DNA of 64,000 bases, taken from contig ADNK01001574.1 of assembly GCA_000320545.1 (NCBI GenBank), forward strand, positions 1 to 64,000. The letters run 5' to 3'. The notes under the pieces are model-generated. The model worked only from the letters and a program-made list of their open reading frames with translations, made no database searches and was not told the DNA's origin. Each line of letters opens with the position of its first letter. Within the stretch, counting starts at the first letter, position 1. Of the stretch, positions 38,747 through 53,182 are shown in pieces. The stretch is from Bigelowiella natans CCMP2755. Lineage: Eukaryota > Protista > Cercozoa. A program made the translations under genes and the position numbers.

Positions 38747-39066
38747 CTTCTCGGAAATCCAATCATGGTGTTTACTGAACTCTCCATAGTACTCTCTCTA
38801 CGATAGGCAAGTTACAAATCCAATTACGTATATATATTCCGGCTCTGCTACCTACCGCTGCTGTGTCTTGATAGAGGATGATTTCTGTCGTCGCCATTTC
38901 CTGCCCCGCCCCTAATCGTGAAGATCTTGCTTCGCACCCAGCGGTTTCGAGAGATTCCCGCCGCCGCTACTGCCGCTACCGCTGCTTTCGCCGCCCCCGC
39001 TATGTTGTTTACCAGCAAAAAAACAACAAATGCGCGAGCAGAGCATCGGCGACGCGGATGATTCAT
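37259..39066 (-). CDS. PRA1 (prenylated Rab acceptor) family protein with signal-peptide-like N-terminal leader (multi-exon)
   Basis: Spliced VRPLREFMFRF...PERLNQRISDNLSYYCGNYALL and AIFAHASLRPR match PRA1 motifs. Exon 1 encodes a hydrophobic stretch, then an R-rich stretch ending in IRGG. Confidence 0.8.
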
Positions 39067-40365
39067 CCGGAGCGGAGGGGGCTGCCACCACTTCTTCTTC
39101 TTGACTGTGCGAGTGAGAGTTGGATGTTCGTTTGTTTCTTTTTTTTTTGTGTCAATGGCATTATTATTAAGCGGGACATTATCCGGTTGTCGCAGGAAGA
39201 ATGTCGCAGCCTTTTCGGGAAAAGTAGTGTCAAAGCAAAATTACACAGCAGCTTCAGAGCCCAAACTTGCACTGGTGCATGTGTGTGCTCGGTCGTCGAC
39301 GTCACGATGTGCAGTTTGCTTGGTTGAACACACATGGTGAAAGACAACTTTGCACTTGATTTAGTTTTCACAGTTCGCTCACTCACCTCCTTGTGAATGT
39401 CCTTGCTCCGCCAATGAGCCCGGCTAGCCGGTCTGTTTTGTTCTTGGATGGTCGACAGGTTTCATCATGGTTGCTTTCGTTCACTTTGCGACGTGTGCAA
39501 GCTCATGTCATCAAGGCCAGCTAGCTTCATTGCACGCGCGCATGCACAGTCGTGCACCAGTGCAGTGTGGTGGCTGCCGATTGGCGCGTTTTTGCGCCCT
39601 TCGACTTCTTCGATTTGCACTGCTGACTGCGCATGCGTTCCAGAAGTGTGCGCGGCACGTGCAAAACTCTGTCTAGTGCTAGAAATTGCCTCCAGCCAGA
39701 GCACATGCGCTAGCATGGACTGCAAGTAGTAGCAGAGGGCAGCGGAACCCACAACACGCTAGCACCTGCGCACGCGCACACACGACCGCCATGCTAGCAT
39801 GGCAGCCTAGCAGCGACAGATCGGACAGCGGATGACAATGATGACACCTGACATGACTCAAATGGACACAAACCAATGAGACTTGTTGAGCGCTGTGGCC
39901 GCTACTTTGCATGCATGGCTACATTAGGATGCCTGTTGAAAAGAAGTGATCCCTTCACTGCGTCCGTCTCACATGTAATTTGTTGCATGCTAGCTGCTAG
40001 CTAGCTTGTGCGCACCACATGCGACATTGAAGAATCTCTAGTTCTAGCTTGCTAGCTCGGTTAGATCGATCTATCTAACCTGCACATGCCACCGGTAAGT
40101 CGCATCAGCATTCCGTCATAGCAAGATAGGAGTGCGATGGAATCAGGAAAAAACACCACAGCTAGTACAGCCGCGATGCACAGTGTGCTGGTGTGCTAGC
40201 TGCGCAATTCGATTGGCTACTACATCAGCAGCACATCACCATGCATATCTAACACTTCGCTATGCACATGCTAGCATGGCTAGGTGACAATCAACTGCAT
40301 TATTTGGTCCAGTAGTCGGCATACGCGCTCCGATCGAGACATTTCTTCGTTATTGTGTTTTCTCA

Positions 40366-40471
40366 ATAATAGACACAGCAATACACTATATATATTATAT
40401 ATATTGTGTATTCGAGCCATACTTATAATAGACACAGCAATACACTATATATATTATATATATTGTGTATT
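40366..40471 (+). repeat. Two 47-bp direct repeats (period 59 bp), each containing a small AATACAC...GTGTATT inverted repeat
   Basis: ataatagacacagcaatacactatatatattatatatattgtgtatt occurs at 40366 and 40425. Confidence 0.85.
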
Positions 40472-40953
40472 GCATGTCTATCATCTCACTCAATTGCTAG
40501 TCCCGCCCCGCTAAGGACGCTTCTGCATTCGACAACTCTGTCTTCATGATCTTAATCTGTTGGAAGGGAGGGGGAGAAAGAGAGGGAAAGAGAGAAGAAA
40601 GAGGAAACGAGGAAGAAACAAAATAAACAGCTTCTGCATAGTAAATGCATAATGCTGCTTATCTTAAAACACGCTGTGCTTCACATAAATCACCGTACGT
40701 GACTCGTGACTTCAAGCGAAATCCTCTACACCAGCCACCCCCCCCTCATCTCCATTTCCCGCACTTTTCGCGTCCAAATGTTGTACAAGCAGTGACACTC
40801 CATGGTATTCAGAGTGTATCAACAATACCATGCTAACCACAAGTCCGCCACGCAACAATTCCACAACAACACTATCAGGTGGTGTTGAGCTGGTTAGATA
40901 CCGTCTCTATCCAGGATCCGTGTATCGTGAAATCACATGACTGACAATGCTCG

Positions 40954-42072
40954 TTACACTCGTTTGCTACGAAACCTGTGCCCGTTGTGTGGACATGGTG
41001 ATGAGAAGTTTGTACTCTCCGCTGGGAAACAGTTGGAAGCAGCCTTTCTGGGCTTCATTCCCAACGCCGTAGTATTAGCTGCTTCTTCCCCGGTAGTCCG
41101 ACTACAGCGCATCATCTTCTGATGCGTGATAGAAGATGAACCGATCACAAACGAGCGAACCCCATGACTAAGGGACGATATGATATTGTTTCCTTTCAGA
41201 AAAGGTCCATCGCTCTCATTTATCTTGTCGTTTCCCGCTGTCTCGCTGCGTTGAGCAGACGTAGGTATCGGCAGGTGAGAACGCCCCCGAACACCATCTT
41301 TAGCGCCCGGGATGTAGCTAGCAGCTGTTTTGATGATGCTGCTCTTACTGTTGCCCTTTTCCTTGAGAGCTAAAACAATGAGAATTCTGCTCCACGTACT
41401 ACTCATCAGCTGTGTTAACGCAGAACAAAACACGTACAACAGCACACTCTCACACACGGTCATATATTGCATGTATTTTTTGAATTGGAAAACAACAACT
41501 GAGAAAAGCTGAGAAAATTCCAATACATAGTAGTCGATTCGATAGAAAAGTAGTACCTGACGACTCACTGAAATCACCGAAAACGACTCTGCCAGGTTTC
41601 CCAAAAGAGCATCTTTTAAATCTCGAAGCTCTGCTTTAGGGGGGGGGGTAGATGGGCGGACATGTAATACATATCTAGAGATGCTGCGGTGTAAGTGTGA
41701 ATGGATTTGATCTTCATTCAGACGCTAACCGATTCCGCTGCATCTCGCGAGAAATTAGTTTGACTTCCGACACAAGAATTGGTGTATCTGTCTATTTCAT
41801 CATCATCAGACCGATGTTTGGAGAAACAGCCGGAACCCAGAACACCAAACGGCCATTGGGCGTTAAGGAAGATCCTGTTATTAGTGCAAATGATTACAAA
41901 TGATAAATAGGCTGTTGGCTATGGTAGGATATCATTGACAAAACAATCACTATACAGCCGTTTAAGTAAATAGTACTTGCAAGATCGAGCAAGTGTTTCG
42001 ATATCTCTCCGAACGATGCGTCGTGCTGAAGTTGATAAATATTCGCAAATTGTGTTTGATAATTGACATTAA

Positions 42073-42113
<41 letters not shown>

Positions 42114-42453
42114 ATCATAATACATAACATACACTAATTTTATCTTTCCACGTGGTTAATCACCACCTTTCGATCTGACCCGTTAAAGCGTTCTACTAGC
42201 CTGAATGATACAGATTCAAAGTTAAATCTAAGAGTATGTATGATCTCTTAAAAATACTATTATTTCTTTTGCCCTCAAGGTTCACTGCATACATATATAA
42301 AGACTGCGAGCACTACCGGATTCCTTCTCTGATGCCGTAGGGAGGGTCAGTGATAATGGCGTCAAAGACGGGCCGATTTCGTACAAAAGGCGGAGCGTGA
42401 ATAGAACTTCTTACGATTCCACAGGGAAGGGAAACTCCTATTACGTGCAAGAG

Positions 42454-42501
<48 letters not shown>

Positions 42502-42976
42502 ATCTAATATTATAATGTGTATCTGGGGGGGGAAGGAGGGAGAGTTGGTTTCTATGAAAGATGTAGTAGTACCAAGTTCCTTAAAGTTCTCATCGAAGGA
42601 AGAATTCGTGAGCTTAGAAAGCTTACTACCTATATTTTCGAGCACAGGCAAACGCGCATAGATAGATAATACAAAAAAAGACATTAACAAGCATCATCAC
42701 ACGTGCCCAAATCACGTAGTAGAAACTAACAATAGCTCCAGCTTCTGAGAAGATACGTTGTCACCGATAACAACAAATTACTACCCGAGAAATATCCAAT
42801 GATCCCTCCATTTACATCGGAGCCTATTCGCAGCAGGGGACTTGCGTGAATCATCGTGCTACTGCACCCTCGCACTTTCCACTAGGAATTGCTATCGCTC
42901 GTTAACTAGAGAGGCTATGAAATCTGCAGTTTCATTCTCAAATCCTCCATGCAACCATTAATTTACATCATATTAC

Positions 42977-43010
<34 letters not shown>

Positions 43011-43233
43011 TATCTGTATCTTAGTAGCAGTTGTATGAATCCATCACCGATGGTGTGCGCGCCAAGGTTTGCTGCAGCAAGGAGGAGGGATCCTGTTCCT
43101 TTGGTTTGAACAGTAGAAAAACATACACCAGTAACACTAAATTTAGCAGCAGCAGCAGCATATAAATGCGATTAGGGGTCGATCACATGTCCAGGCACTT
43201 ATCTGGTCAGAAAACTTCACACACAGACACACA

Positions 43234-43277
<44 letters not shown>

Positions 43278-45400
43278 GAGGGGTTGATCTCGATCCTGTG
43301 TAAAGAGATGTCCTGCTACGCTTCTTACCGCATTCTCACTAGTTAGCATTGTATTTTATTTTTTCAAAAAGGAGAAAAATGAATTAAGCAAATCTGTCTA
43401 GTCAAAATCCTCTAACCTACGAAGGGGTCAAGTACTAGGGAGCCCCTCTTCACCTGGTGAGAAGAAGAAACAGAAGAAGAAGAAGAAGAAGAAGAAGAAG
43501 AAGAAGAATAGAATGGGAAAGGATATGAGATATACAGCGGAGGAGAGAGGGAGAGGGTTGCACCTTTGCGAAATTGCACATGATAAGAGCAAGCTCAGGA
43601 TCCATCGTTGTTGGGCCTCTGTATCTACGGCTTTTCACATCGAGAGCTCTGAGCTGAGAAGAGAGACGTCGATTCACTGCTATCTAAGGTTTGGAGAGAA
43701 TAACAAGAAAGCATAGACAAACGTAGTAATGCCGCAGTAAGTCTCTTTCTGAGTTGTCCATACATGGTTAATTTAAGCACACCATAGCGAATGATAATGA
43801 CCTGTCGCAAGAGGAAGAAACGAGGCGATTCGAATCCGTATGGTAAAGACTGCACGCCGCAATAGCTAACCACGAGATAAACCTGTTCTGGATGCTGGGC
43901 GATGGGGGGGGTGAGGGGGGGGGGGGGGGGGATATCACACAAGTTGGTCTCTACTGAAAAAAGGTACGAGGCGAATCAACATAGGAAAGAAGCAAAGGTT
44001 CTTTTTTTGAGTGTCATTTTAAAAGTATACGCACTACTACCAACCAATATCTCTATCTCCTTTCATAACGATATATTGGTGTCTTAATGTTGGCGAGGTA
44101 GTAATCTAACCATCATCATGCCATGAGTCAATCGCTGTAATTATATCATCTTTACCGTAAGATTTACCCTCCCCGTTGGGTTTAAGTAAGTATGAATGTG
44201 CTTCATAACACCATCTCTCTCCTGCAGGGGAGGGGAAAGATGGTGAGAAATTATTATTTGATTGGCATTCATGAAAGGAAGAGACGGATAGGGAATACCT
44301 GCTTAGACGTGAAGAGCTTTCTTCCAACGCTTGTTAGAGCAATCGAGAAAGTACGATTAGAGGAATGGCAAGCGTGAAAATTAGCACGCGTTTCATCATC
44401 TGAGAGGAGGGCTTGTATGTCCTCAGCTGGGCCTTATCGATATATTATATCAGCATATATGCAGAGCATCGTTAGGTATGAGGAATCATTAAGGTCTTAC
44501 GTACGAATGTAATGGGCTATCGTTAATAAGAGCTGGCATCATACCTCCAAGGACCTCATAGAAGCCTTTTATTAAGACCGACGATTCACAAGCCTGAGAT
44601 GGTGTATACGTTAGTCAGACAACCAGTACGGAAGGACGTAGTTTGCATAGTTATTCATTAAAAAAATAAAGCACCTTTTTGCTAACTCATCAGTTTTCAC
44701 TCTAAGAAGTGCATTTCTTCAGGAATAATACGAGAGGGGCGGCGTATTACATCGTGTTACATATAATATGGTGTAGTACTCTTAGAACCTCTCGAAGGAT
44801 ATTGTCTTTAAGTATGCTTTCCCCAGGATTGCCACGGTCGCCAATCCACCTGTAGTCGGTGAAAATGACCACGAAGAAAATGAAGAGAAGAATGGTGAAT
44901 AGTAAGGCTTTCTAATCGTAAGGCTCTTTAATCGAGCTGGCATTGGAGTTTAATAGCAATCAATTTTTCTTTTGTTGCGGAATCTAATTTTCTCGGCAAA
45001 TATTGGAATTCACCATAAGGGAGAGTATTGGTCGTTATCCAGCACAGGGCGCAGGAAATCATTCCTTATTGATATTGTCCGAAATATATTATATCAATTA
45101 AGCTTCTTCCGATCAATTGTAATAATATGGGAGATGTTTGTACTACGATAACGGGGGGGGTGATACCAACAGTAGCCATAATGACAATGGCAACAATAGT
45201 GATGACAATAGCAAAGCATATCGGAATAAAATTGAAGATCACATTCGAAAACTTTTCGGAAGACAACTTACGCATTCATACCCAATGTTGTATCCTTCGA
45301 GAAGAGTCTTCGTTTCATCCTCCCGAAAATCCAGATATTGGTGCCGATACCAGCAGAGCAATGCTGAGGGGGAGACATCATGTGCATCATCCGTGTAAGT
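40954..45400 (-). CDS. TRM11: tRNA (guanine-10-N2)-methyltransferase TRM11 (multi-exon; start not resolved)
   Basis: LLCWYRHQYLDFRE, SVLIKGFYEVLG, RRYRGPTTMDPELALIMCN, VLDPFVGTGSLLLAAA, FDAIITDPPYGIRE, LTPNGRLVFWVP. Confidence 0.92.
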
Positions 45401-46147
45401 CCGAGCACATCTTCGAGTTGAATATATGATGAACACTCATGTCGCACTCCCTTATTCGCCAATTTTGGCCCCACAGATGAGAGGATAGGGGGGAAAGGAG
45501 AGGGAGGGGGAAATCCGCAAGATATTCGCACATGCTGTGATCTGCATGCATTGTTAATGTTCAATTTGAGCTGCGTTGGTTGCAGTCCTCCATTATTTCT
45601 GCAGGCCAGGCGGCTTGTTCCATCATTTCCTATTCTTCCGGACGCAACCTCATCAGATGTTTCGGGCTTCAAATATTGCCCAATTTTTTCTGAACATTCT
45701 CATGAGATTCCCAATTTCAAACTGCATTCAAATTTGACATGCGACCGTTGACTTCAGCGTGTCACCATGTTGAACGCAAAGTGCAGTAAATTACTGCTCT
45801 GCGACAATGAAAGTACGAAATAACACCCGGAGATTCTCTCGAGATGGTATAGGAATCACAACGGGTCACACATCCGATACGAGTACCGGAAAATAATCTC
45901 TATTGTTGTTATCATACTGTTGTGCTGCCGATCATGTCGTCAGCTGAGTGTTAGATTGGGAATAGTAATATCTCTTGTCATAGTACATATTTTACAACAA
46001 CGGAGAATATCCTATTTTTTTTGACAGAATAGAGACGTTACACATATCTCAAAAGGGGCTAACGGAAGAATGAAGCCCCCACACCCTCCACGCAGTTCCT
46101 ACTAAAAAGATCGTCGAGAGGGGAGGACTTGGCTGTAAAGCTTGACA

Positions 46148-48640
46148 ATGAGTCAGCTTAGCCGAAGAAACACTGGACTAAATGATTCTTCATATTACAA
46201 CAATCTTGGTACCTCTCGCTTTTCTCCTTCCATCTATCTATCATTCCCCCATTGACTCCCAATTTGGAAACTCAATTTCTTCCAGACTTAAAGCAGAGTT
46301 CAAGGACCAAGGAGGATGATATCATTGTGAACCAGCACCAAACGATATTTCACACGCTTCGAGAGCACGGGAAGCTGTTCAGCATCATTTTCGACAATTG
46401 GTTTCAGTTTGTAGCACTGTTGCTTACGATTAGCGGAGTAATAGTGAGCATGACTCTTATCATCAACTACTCCGTATCTGATTATTTACATCGGAATAAC
46501 AATCCCACGACTGCGTTCGAGAGGCTCTTCATCAAGGAGCAAGAAGATTTCGGATTCTTGCTTTGCATGCGTATGATATTCTAGATAGATTTGGCAAACA
46601 AATTCTCAGTCTTCCGTGCATTCTTTTTACACTATGGCACTCTCACCCTTCTGCCTGTCGTGCGCGAGTTTAACCTTTAAAGTATCCTGCAAAGCCATTT
46701 CTGCCGCCGCTTCGCCGCCAATCTACTTCAAATGCACAATCTCTATTCTAATATTAATACAACCTTGCAATCACCATTTCCTTTATCTTTTAGGAAAGCA
46801 AGATCAAGAAGGGAATACCTGTCCGGATGAAAATTTTGCGTTTCGTACAAAGTCAATATTCAATGTGACGCGTGAAGACTTCGACCATACATTACCGGTG
46901 GACATCGATACGTGGCCATTGTCTATTGGGGTAAGTGACTTACTAGTGCAGTAGCCAGGCGCTTACAAATACATTCCATACATAAAAAGAGGTGGAGACA
47001 GCATAGAGCGAGGGACACGGAGACAAGAATCAAACAATATTGCACCCTTTAACGATAACATAACATGAAAACTCAAGAAGTACCGTGTTTTTCTTCATCT
47101 AGACGGTGCCAGATGCGTACGTCGCACTTATGAAGAAATGCTGGCAAATAGAGCCTTTTCATTGCAACTCATCAACGATTAATTGTGCTCTGAATCGGAA
47201 TTTCGATGTGGTTAACAAGATACCAGAATACGTCACTTTCCGGTAAATTTGCTCTCCCCCGCCACCTCTTCTGTCTCTTTCTCCCCTCCTCCCCTTCCAC
47301 TTGACCTATCTCTACCTAAGAACCAAGGTCTTACATGATTTTTTATTCATACTAACTATCTCGTTGTCAATCGTTCGAAAGTCAGAGTGTGACTACTGTT
47401 TATACCAAAAACTACAGAGAATGGAAATTTTGATGAATTTTCTATGATAAATTTCCTTTATCGTCAACAGTACACGGAAGCGTGTATTTGTGTGTGTGTG
47501 TGTGTGTTTGTGTGTGTTTGTGTGTCTATATTATCGTGTTTGGTGGTGAATTCCCTTTGTGCAGGTTCAGCTGGGGCACACGAGAATTCATGCGTGATTC
47601 GACGTGCACGCGCCTGTACATCGTCGGCTACCACACTAGCAACAAGGTTTTTGTTGCTGTTGTTGTTGTTGTTGTTGTTGTTATACGTGTAGTGGGAAAT
47701 CTTCCATTCTTTCCAGCACACCGACGATTTCATTCCTGTGCATTGTATACATGCTGTTCGTCGGCATGAGAATAGGAGGAGGTGCCTTGTTCGCTGCTCG
47801 TTTTTGCGTATCATGAGTGTCTTTAGAAGCAGGAAGCAGAGTTTTTGACGACGCTCGGAAATCATACAAAACGCACTATATTTTTCATTATTTTCCCCCG
47901 TAAAAATCGGAGTATGCGCCACACCATTGATATACCAAACCCATCTTCACAGAACATAGAGCTAAACGACGCTATCTCGACTGCCACGCCTATTTATGGG
48001 TGAGACCTGTGTGACTTCAACGCCGCGTGTTTTCCATTCCAATCCTCCTAACTCATATCACACTCATTAGGTACAACCAAGTGCTGGAAGTGCAGGCGCA
48101 TTTCTCCAAATTCGTGAGGTTGAATGGTGAGGAGGACAATCGAGTCGAAGTCCATACTTACCAGGGCAATCCCGTGGCTATCAACGACACTTGGGTGGGG
48201 GAGAGGCAGTATCTGGCTGATACGCCGGTGGCAACACTTGACCTCTACATGCTTAGCCCTGTCGGTATGCTATGGTTTATTGATGTTTCAAAGGAGCAAA
48301 GCACCTTCGACTACAAAACAGCGCTAGCTGCTGTTCTCTCAGTCGCCGGGTTCGTGTGATATTGTGTGTGCGTGACGACGCTACTTATTCACATGAATAA
48401 CATCATTTTAGGTTTTTGAACATCGTCGCCAAATGCTTCTGGAAGAAGGACAGGAGTGGATTTTGGCTCTTCAGATATGGACACAGAAACAGAACACTTG
48501 AGAAAAGCTATCGGCGACGGCACTTCAGGGTTTTGAATGACGATGAATTGCTTGACGAAGATAATAGTGGCAAACTCCATTTCAACCGCGGTGATAGTAT
48601 TTCTATGACAACTAGTATTGCAGGCTCAGCTATACAATAG
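46148..48640 (+). CDS. Two-transmembrane protein with large Cys-containing extracellular loop; DEG/ENaC-like topology (middle exons unresolved)
   Basis: N-terminal ...FHTLREHGKLFSIIFDNW precedes TM1 (FVALLLTISGVIVSMTLII), then DYL..NNPTT...FGFLLC. Near the end, KEQSTFDYKT precedes TM2 (ALAAVLSVAGFLNIVAKCFW) and a charged tail. Confidence 0.65.
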
Positions 48641-49652
48641 CCAACAGTACTTTAGTAGTAAATCAAGTGATCGAAATGTGATGGCATCATGTATATCTCG
48701 ACCACACATGTATCATTACCCACGTACATGCAAGCAAGCATGTGTGCAATCATTTTTCCAAAGCCAAGCATGGCCTAGACGGAGTGTGTGGCATGGAATC
48801 TGACTTTTGGCGGTGATGATGAATGCATAGCTAAGTGACAATTTAAAAGCAGCACAGGCCAGCAGCTATCTAACGTATACGCACGTCTAGAGGCCACCGA
48901 ATGCATACAACATCTAACATGATGAAGCAATATGTATCGTAGTGTGCAGTGCGAAACAACCGCATTTGTCAAACGCGGTGTGTGTGTGGTTTTAGTGCGC
49001 TAAATTGAATCTGGATCCCATCATTGCGACCAGTGCAATTACTTTGACTCGCAGCTGCGATGATGGGCTAGTTGCCAAGATCAGCATGTACATGTAATGA
49101 CTATTCTTGGGGGGAAAATGAAAAAAATGAGGAATTGTTCTTTCAGAAGCCATGCTGTGCATTATTGTGATTGGAGTTGTGTTGCTTCCATGCATGTTGA
49201 CACAATGAACAATGTGAACTTGCATCGCATAGGCCCGCAACACTCGGCTCGCTGCGTTGCACGTTATGTCATCGCAACATTGAGATGGCGCACTAAAAAA
49301 GTCGAGATGAGGGGCTACTAGCTAGCCCGATAATGACGCGTCTTCCAAGCATGCATGCTGAGCGCTGCAGCCGGCGACTACCGACTTCATGTTGCAGTGA
49401 ACCACACACACTATGCAGTGCATGGCATCATTCATCAATGCACCAACAAGTAGCAGATTTTGCACAGCTGTCAAAGCGCCCATCACGAGGATGCTGAACA
49501 TGCTGCATTTTTGCACGGTCATTCGCGCATTAGCACAAAAATCGAGAAAAAAAAGCAGGTGCTGCATGATCTTGATCTTGATTAAACGAGTTCTGCTGAT
49601 GTATCATTAGCTTGAGATTTATCTGTTACACGTACAACTGTAACTTTGATGT

Positions 49653-50140
49653 CTATTTCGACTTAAGGGCCTTAATCTCAGCCTTAAGCCTAGCAATCTC
49701 CTCGTCCCTTTCCTCAAGAGCCTTGCTATTGCTTTCGCTGTTCTTATCAGCGCTATTCTTTACCATTTTGACCCTCGTAGCATAGTTGAGAGCGTTTATC
49801 GTCTCGTCCGTGTTATATCTGTAACAACGAGGAGTAATGATAAGGAGCGAACGTGAATGGTGGACTAATCCCTATGGTAAACGGGAAGGGTGTTCTGTTG
49901 CTTCTACGCTGCAATTTGGTATCGAGTGATTGTTTCTTACCCTGACGGCGAGACATTGACAAACATAAGCGTCTTAGCATTCCCTCCAAGGGAGTCGGAC
50001 ATTAAGTTCGTCAGAACGTGCGATCTGCAGCAAATTGCTCGACTTAGTGCGGAAAGGAGAGATTGATGGTAAGAAGCCTAATGAGCATCAGCTAGTGTAG
50101 GTGTAAACAAGCGCGCGCGCACACACATATACTCACACCC

Positions 50141-50184
<44 letters not shown>

Positions 50185-51081
50185 GAGAGGGGATAGTGCA
50201 TCTGAAGTAGCACCGAACCGAATAACTGACCTATATGGCACATGCTTCGATCCAGATGACAGCGCTGCAATGACGTTGCCTTTTGTTCCCCAACCCCGTC
50301 CCAAATGTATCAAAAAAATAAAGAAATCATTCGTACTCCCTCGTAATGCAGCAAATCTCGATAACTTTTTTCTCGTAAAATCACTATTTCCCTCCAAAAC
50401 TGGCAAGGTTCTGGTTGGGGTATATTTAGATATGTGGTGATTGCATTTGTTGTCTTCAGTGATATTACCAAGAGCTGAAAGGGATTGGTTGATGCTCTGA
50501 GCTTCTTTCATCTGTTCCGCTGTCGCGCCTAAATGTCCAAAATGCAGTAATATATGGCTACGCATTCATTTAAAATCCTAATGTTAAAGAGCAGCATACA
50601 AGATGCTTGCGCCGCTCACACGAAATGGGGTCATTAGCATTACTGTTCGCTCGCAAAACCTACAACGCTGCTTGTCGCTAGTACCTGTTTTGGAAGCGCG
50701 CTCACAGCCTGCAAGGTCTACGAGTGATAGCTTGCCGAACGTCGCTTTCCCTGCACACCATAGATGCATTAGACAAACGTTTATAACGACGAAAATGTCA
50801 AATTGTTTCAAGATTCTTCCTCTAAAGGAGCAGAGCAGTCCAGGAGCGAGATATGGCAATGAAGCACATGGTTGATAGTTATCAAACCTTTCTTCCCTTG
50901 TTTCTTTATTAGAACTGACAGGATCAGGTGTGACCTAGAGCTACCAGCATTCATCAACGTTGAAGATACCTATAAATGCCGAGGGTGACAAAAGAAAGAG
51001 ATAAACTCAAAGCCCCTCGCAGGGTTTATTCTAATAAAGTTAAAAAGTAGTCCTGGATTTTAAATCAACAGGACCGAGATT

Positions 51082-51117
<36 letters not shown>

Positions 51118-51671
51118 TGTTCCAATTCGCTGCTATTCGGTAGTAGTGGTGTGCTGCGCTGATGATACTTGCCTTTCTATTTTCGTTTCCTTGCTGCATA
51201 ATTGCAAAGAGATCCTTCTCTTTTGGTGCCAGCTTGATCTCAGCACCTCGTACCTGTGAGGAAGACGCCATTGTAATGATGATGATGATGATTAGGATAA
51301 TGATCATGTCAGCTGTTCTTACTTCTACAATGCCTCGTCGATCTTTGGTCACCTTCAGCTTATTTTTACCACGGTTCTTCTCATCGCAGAGCAAATCCTG
51401 CGAAAACACATCTTTATCAAAGAACTTACCATATATCAATATATAAAAATGTAAGTATATATGTATATATAACAATCAGGGATTCTATACACGCGCAGAT
51501 GCAAGACAAGGGTAAGTACCTGCAGTTTCGCCTTGTAAAGCTCCACCATGTAACAGCTGACTTCTACTTTTCCTGAAGAAAGAACATTTTAATTTAATAA
51601 ATGAGAAAATTATAGTAATCGTAGTGATGTGATGAAAATATTTCAAATCAGCGACTCACCACGCATAGTTT

Positions 51672-51747
<76 letters not shown>

Positions 51748-53137
51748 AATCACCAGTCTGTCTTCCCTTTTCAACGAGTTTATAGAGCGATTGTATCGCT
51801 CTTGGAGCAACACCAGGGTTTTCGTCCGAACCGTACCTAAAACGGCGATTTCAGTACGAAGTCAAATAAGCATGGTAGTAGTAGTATTAGTCGTAGTAGT
51901 AGTAGTTGTTGTCCAAGAGGGAAACAGATTATGACACGCCTTAACCATCAAATGGTGGGTGTTCTTCATCAACGCTATCCCACTTGTAAGAGACTTCATT
52001 GAATGGATGCAGTGCTGCGGCTGTTATCGCACGCTAATACTCACATTGTGTACGTCTTTCCGGTCCCTGTTTGGCCGTAGGCAAAAATGCACACGTTATA
52101 CCTGCATGTTGAACAGACAAAAATCAATCGCAAATGAGCGTCACTGGCTCTTTCGGGCACATCAGGAAGCGACATCTCTCATCTACTCTTCTACTCTCTC
52201 TCTCTCTCTCTCTCTCTCCCTCTCTCTCCTCTCCCTCCCCCCCCCTCTCTCCCTCTTTCCCTCTCCACAACAAGAGATGTTGATTACGATTGAACTCAAG
52301 TTGTTTTGGAAGATTCGTTCGTTAGCTTTTATGTTCCCTACCCGTCATACGCCGATTGAATAAGATGTGATGTGTTCGCATAGACTTGTTGTTGCGTGCT
52401 CGAGGGCCCATACACCTCATCGTAGCTGAACGTTTTCTCTCTATCTCTCCTACGGTACAATGGTAGATGATAAGGCAAGTACGATAGAGACCAAGATCAA
52501 CACGCGGCGGAGGGGAGGGGAGAGGGTTATAATTAGACAACATACCCCGTGTCTTTGACTACGGAAATTGTGTATTTATCCGACGGGGTGGCGCTAATCG
52601 AATCTTTTCTCTTTTTCTCACTTCCACTGAGAGGCCGAATCCTGCAGGCATTCATTCCCCCACGAGTGCAGAACAAACGTTAACTTTCACCCAGACAGTA
52701 TGCATTTTTTATTGTTAGGATTATGATCGAAACCACATATATTAGTATTTATGGTACCAGCCACCCTATTTTTAGTTTGGCTGGAGGGGGGGGGGAGAAG
52801 GAAAATGAAGAGCTTTTGACCTGCAATACACGCGGATTTTGCCCTTCATATCTTCTAGGATGTTGTGGTAGCGAATACGCTTTTCTCTTTCCTCAACGTA
52901 CCTACAAATGTCTCAAGCATCTTCATACTGCTGATGACGATGGTGGTGGTGGTGGTGGTGATGATGGCTATGATTTGGTTTTTTAAACACTCACAAACCA
53001 TCAGTGGAATTTGCAGTATATGTGAAAACACCGACAACTTTGATGGGCGATTCACCCATAGATATCATGGGAACAAAACCTCACTCAAGAAGTTTTGGTC
53101 CGCATTACTGCCTTCTATGAATTTATATAACATTAAC

Positions 53138-53182
<45 letters not shown>

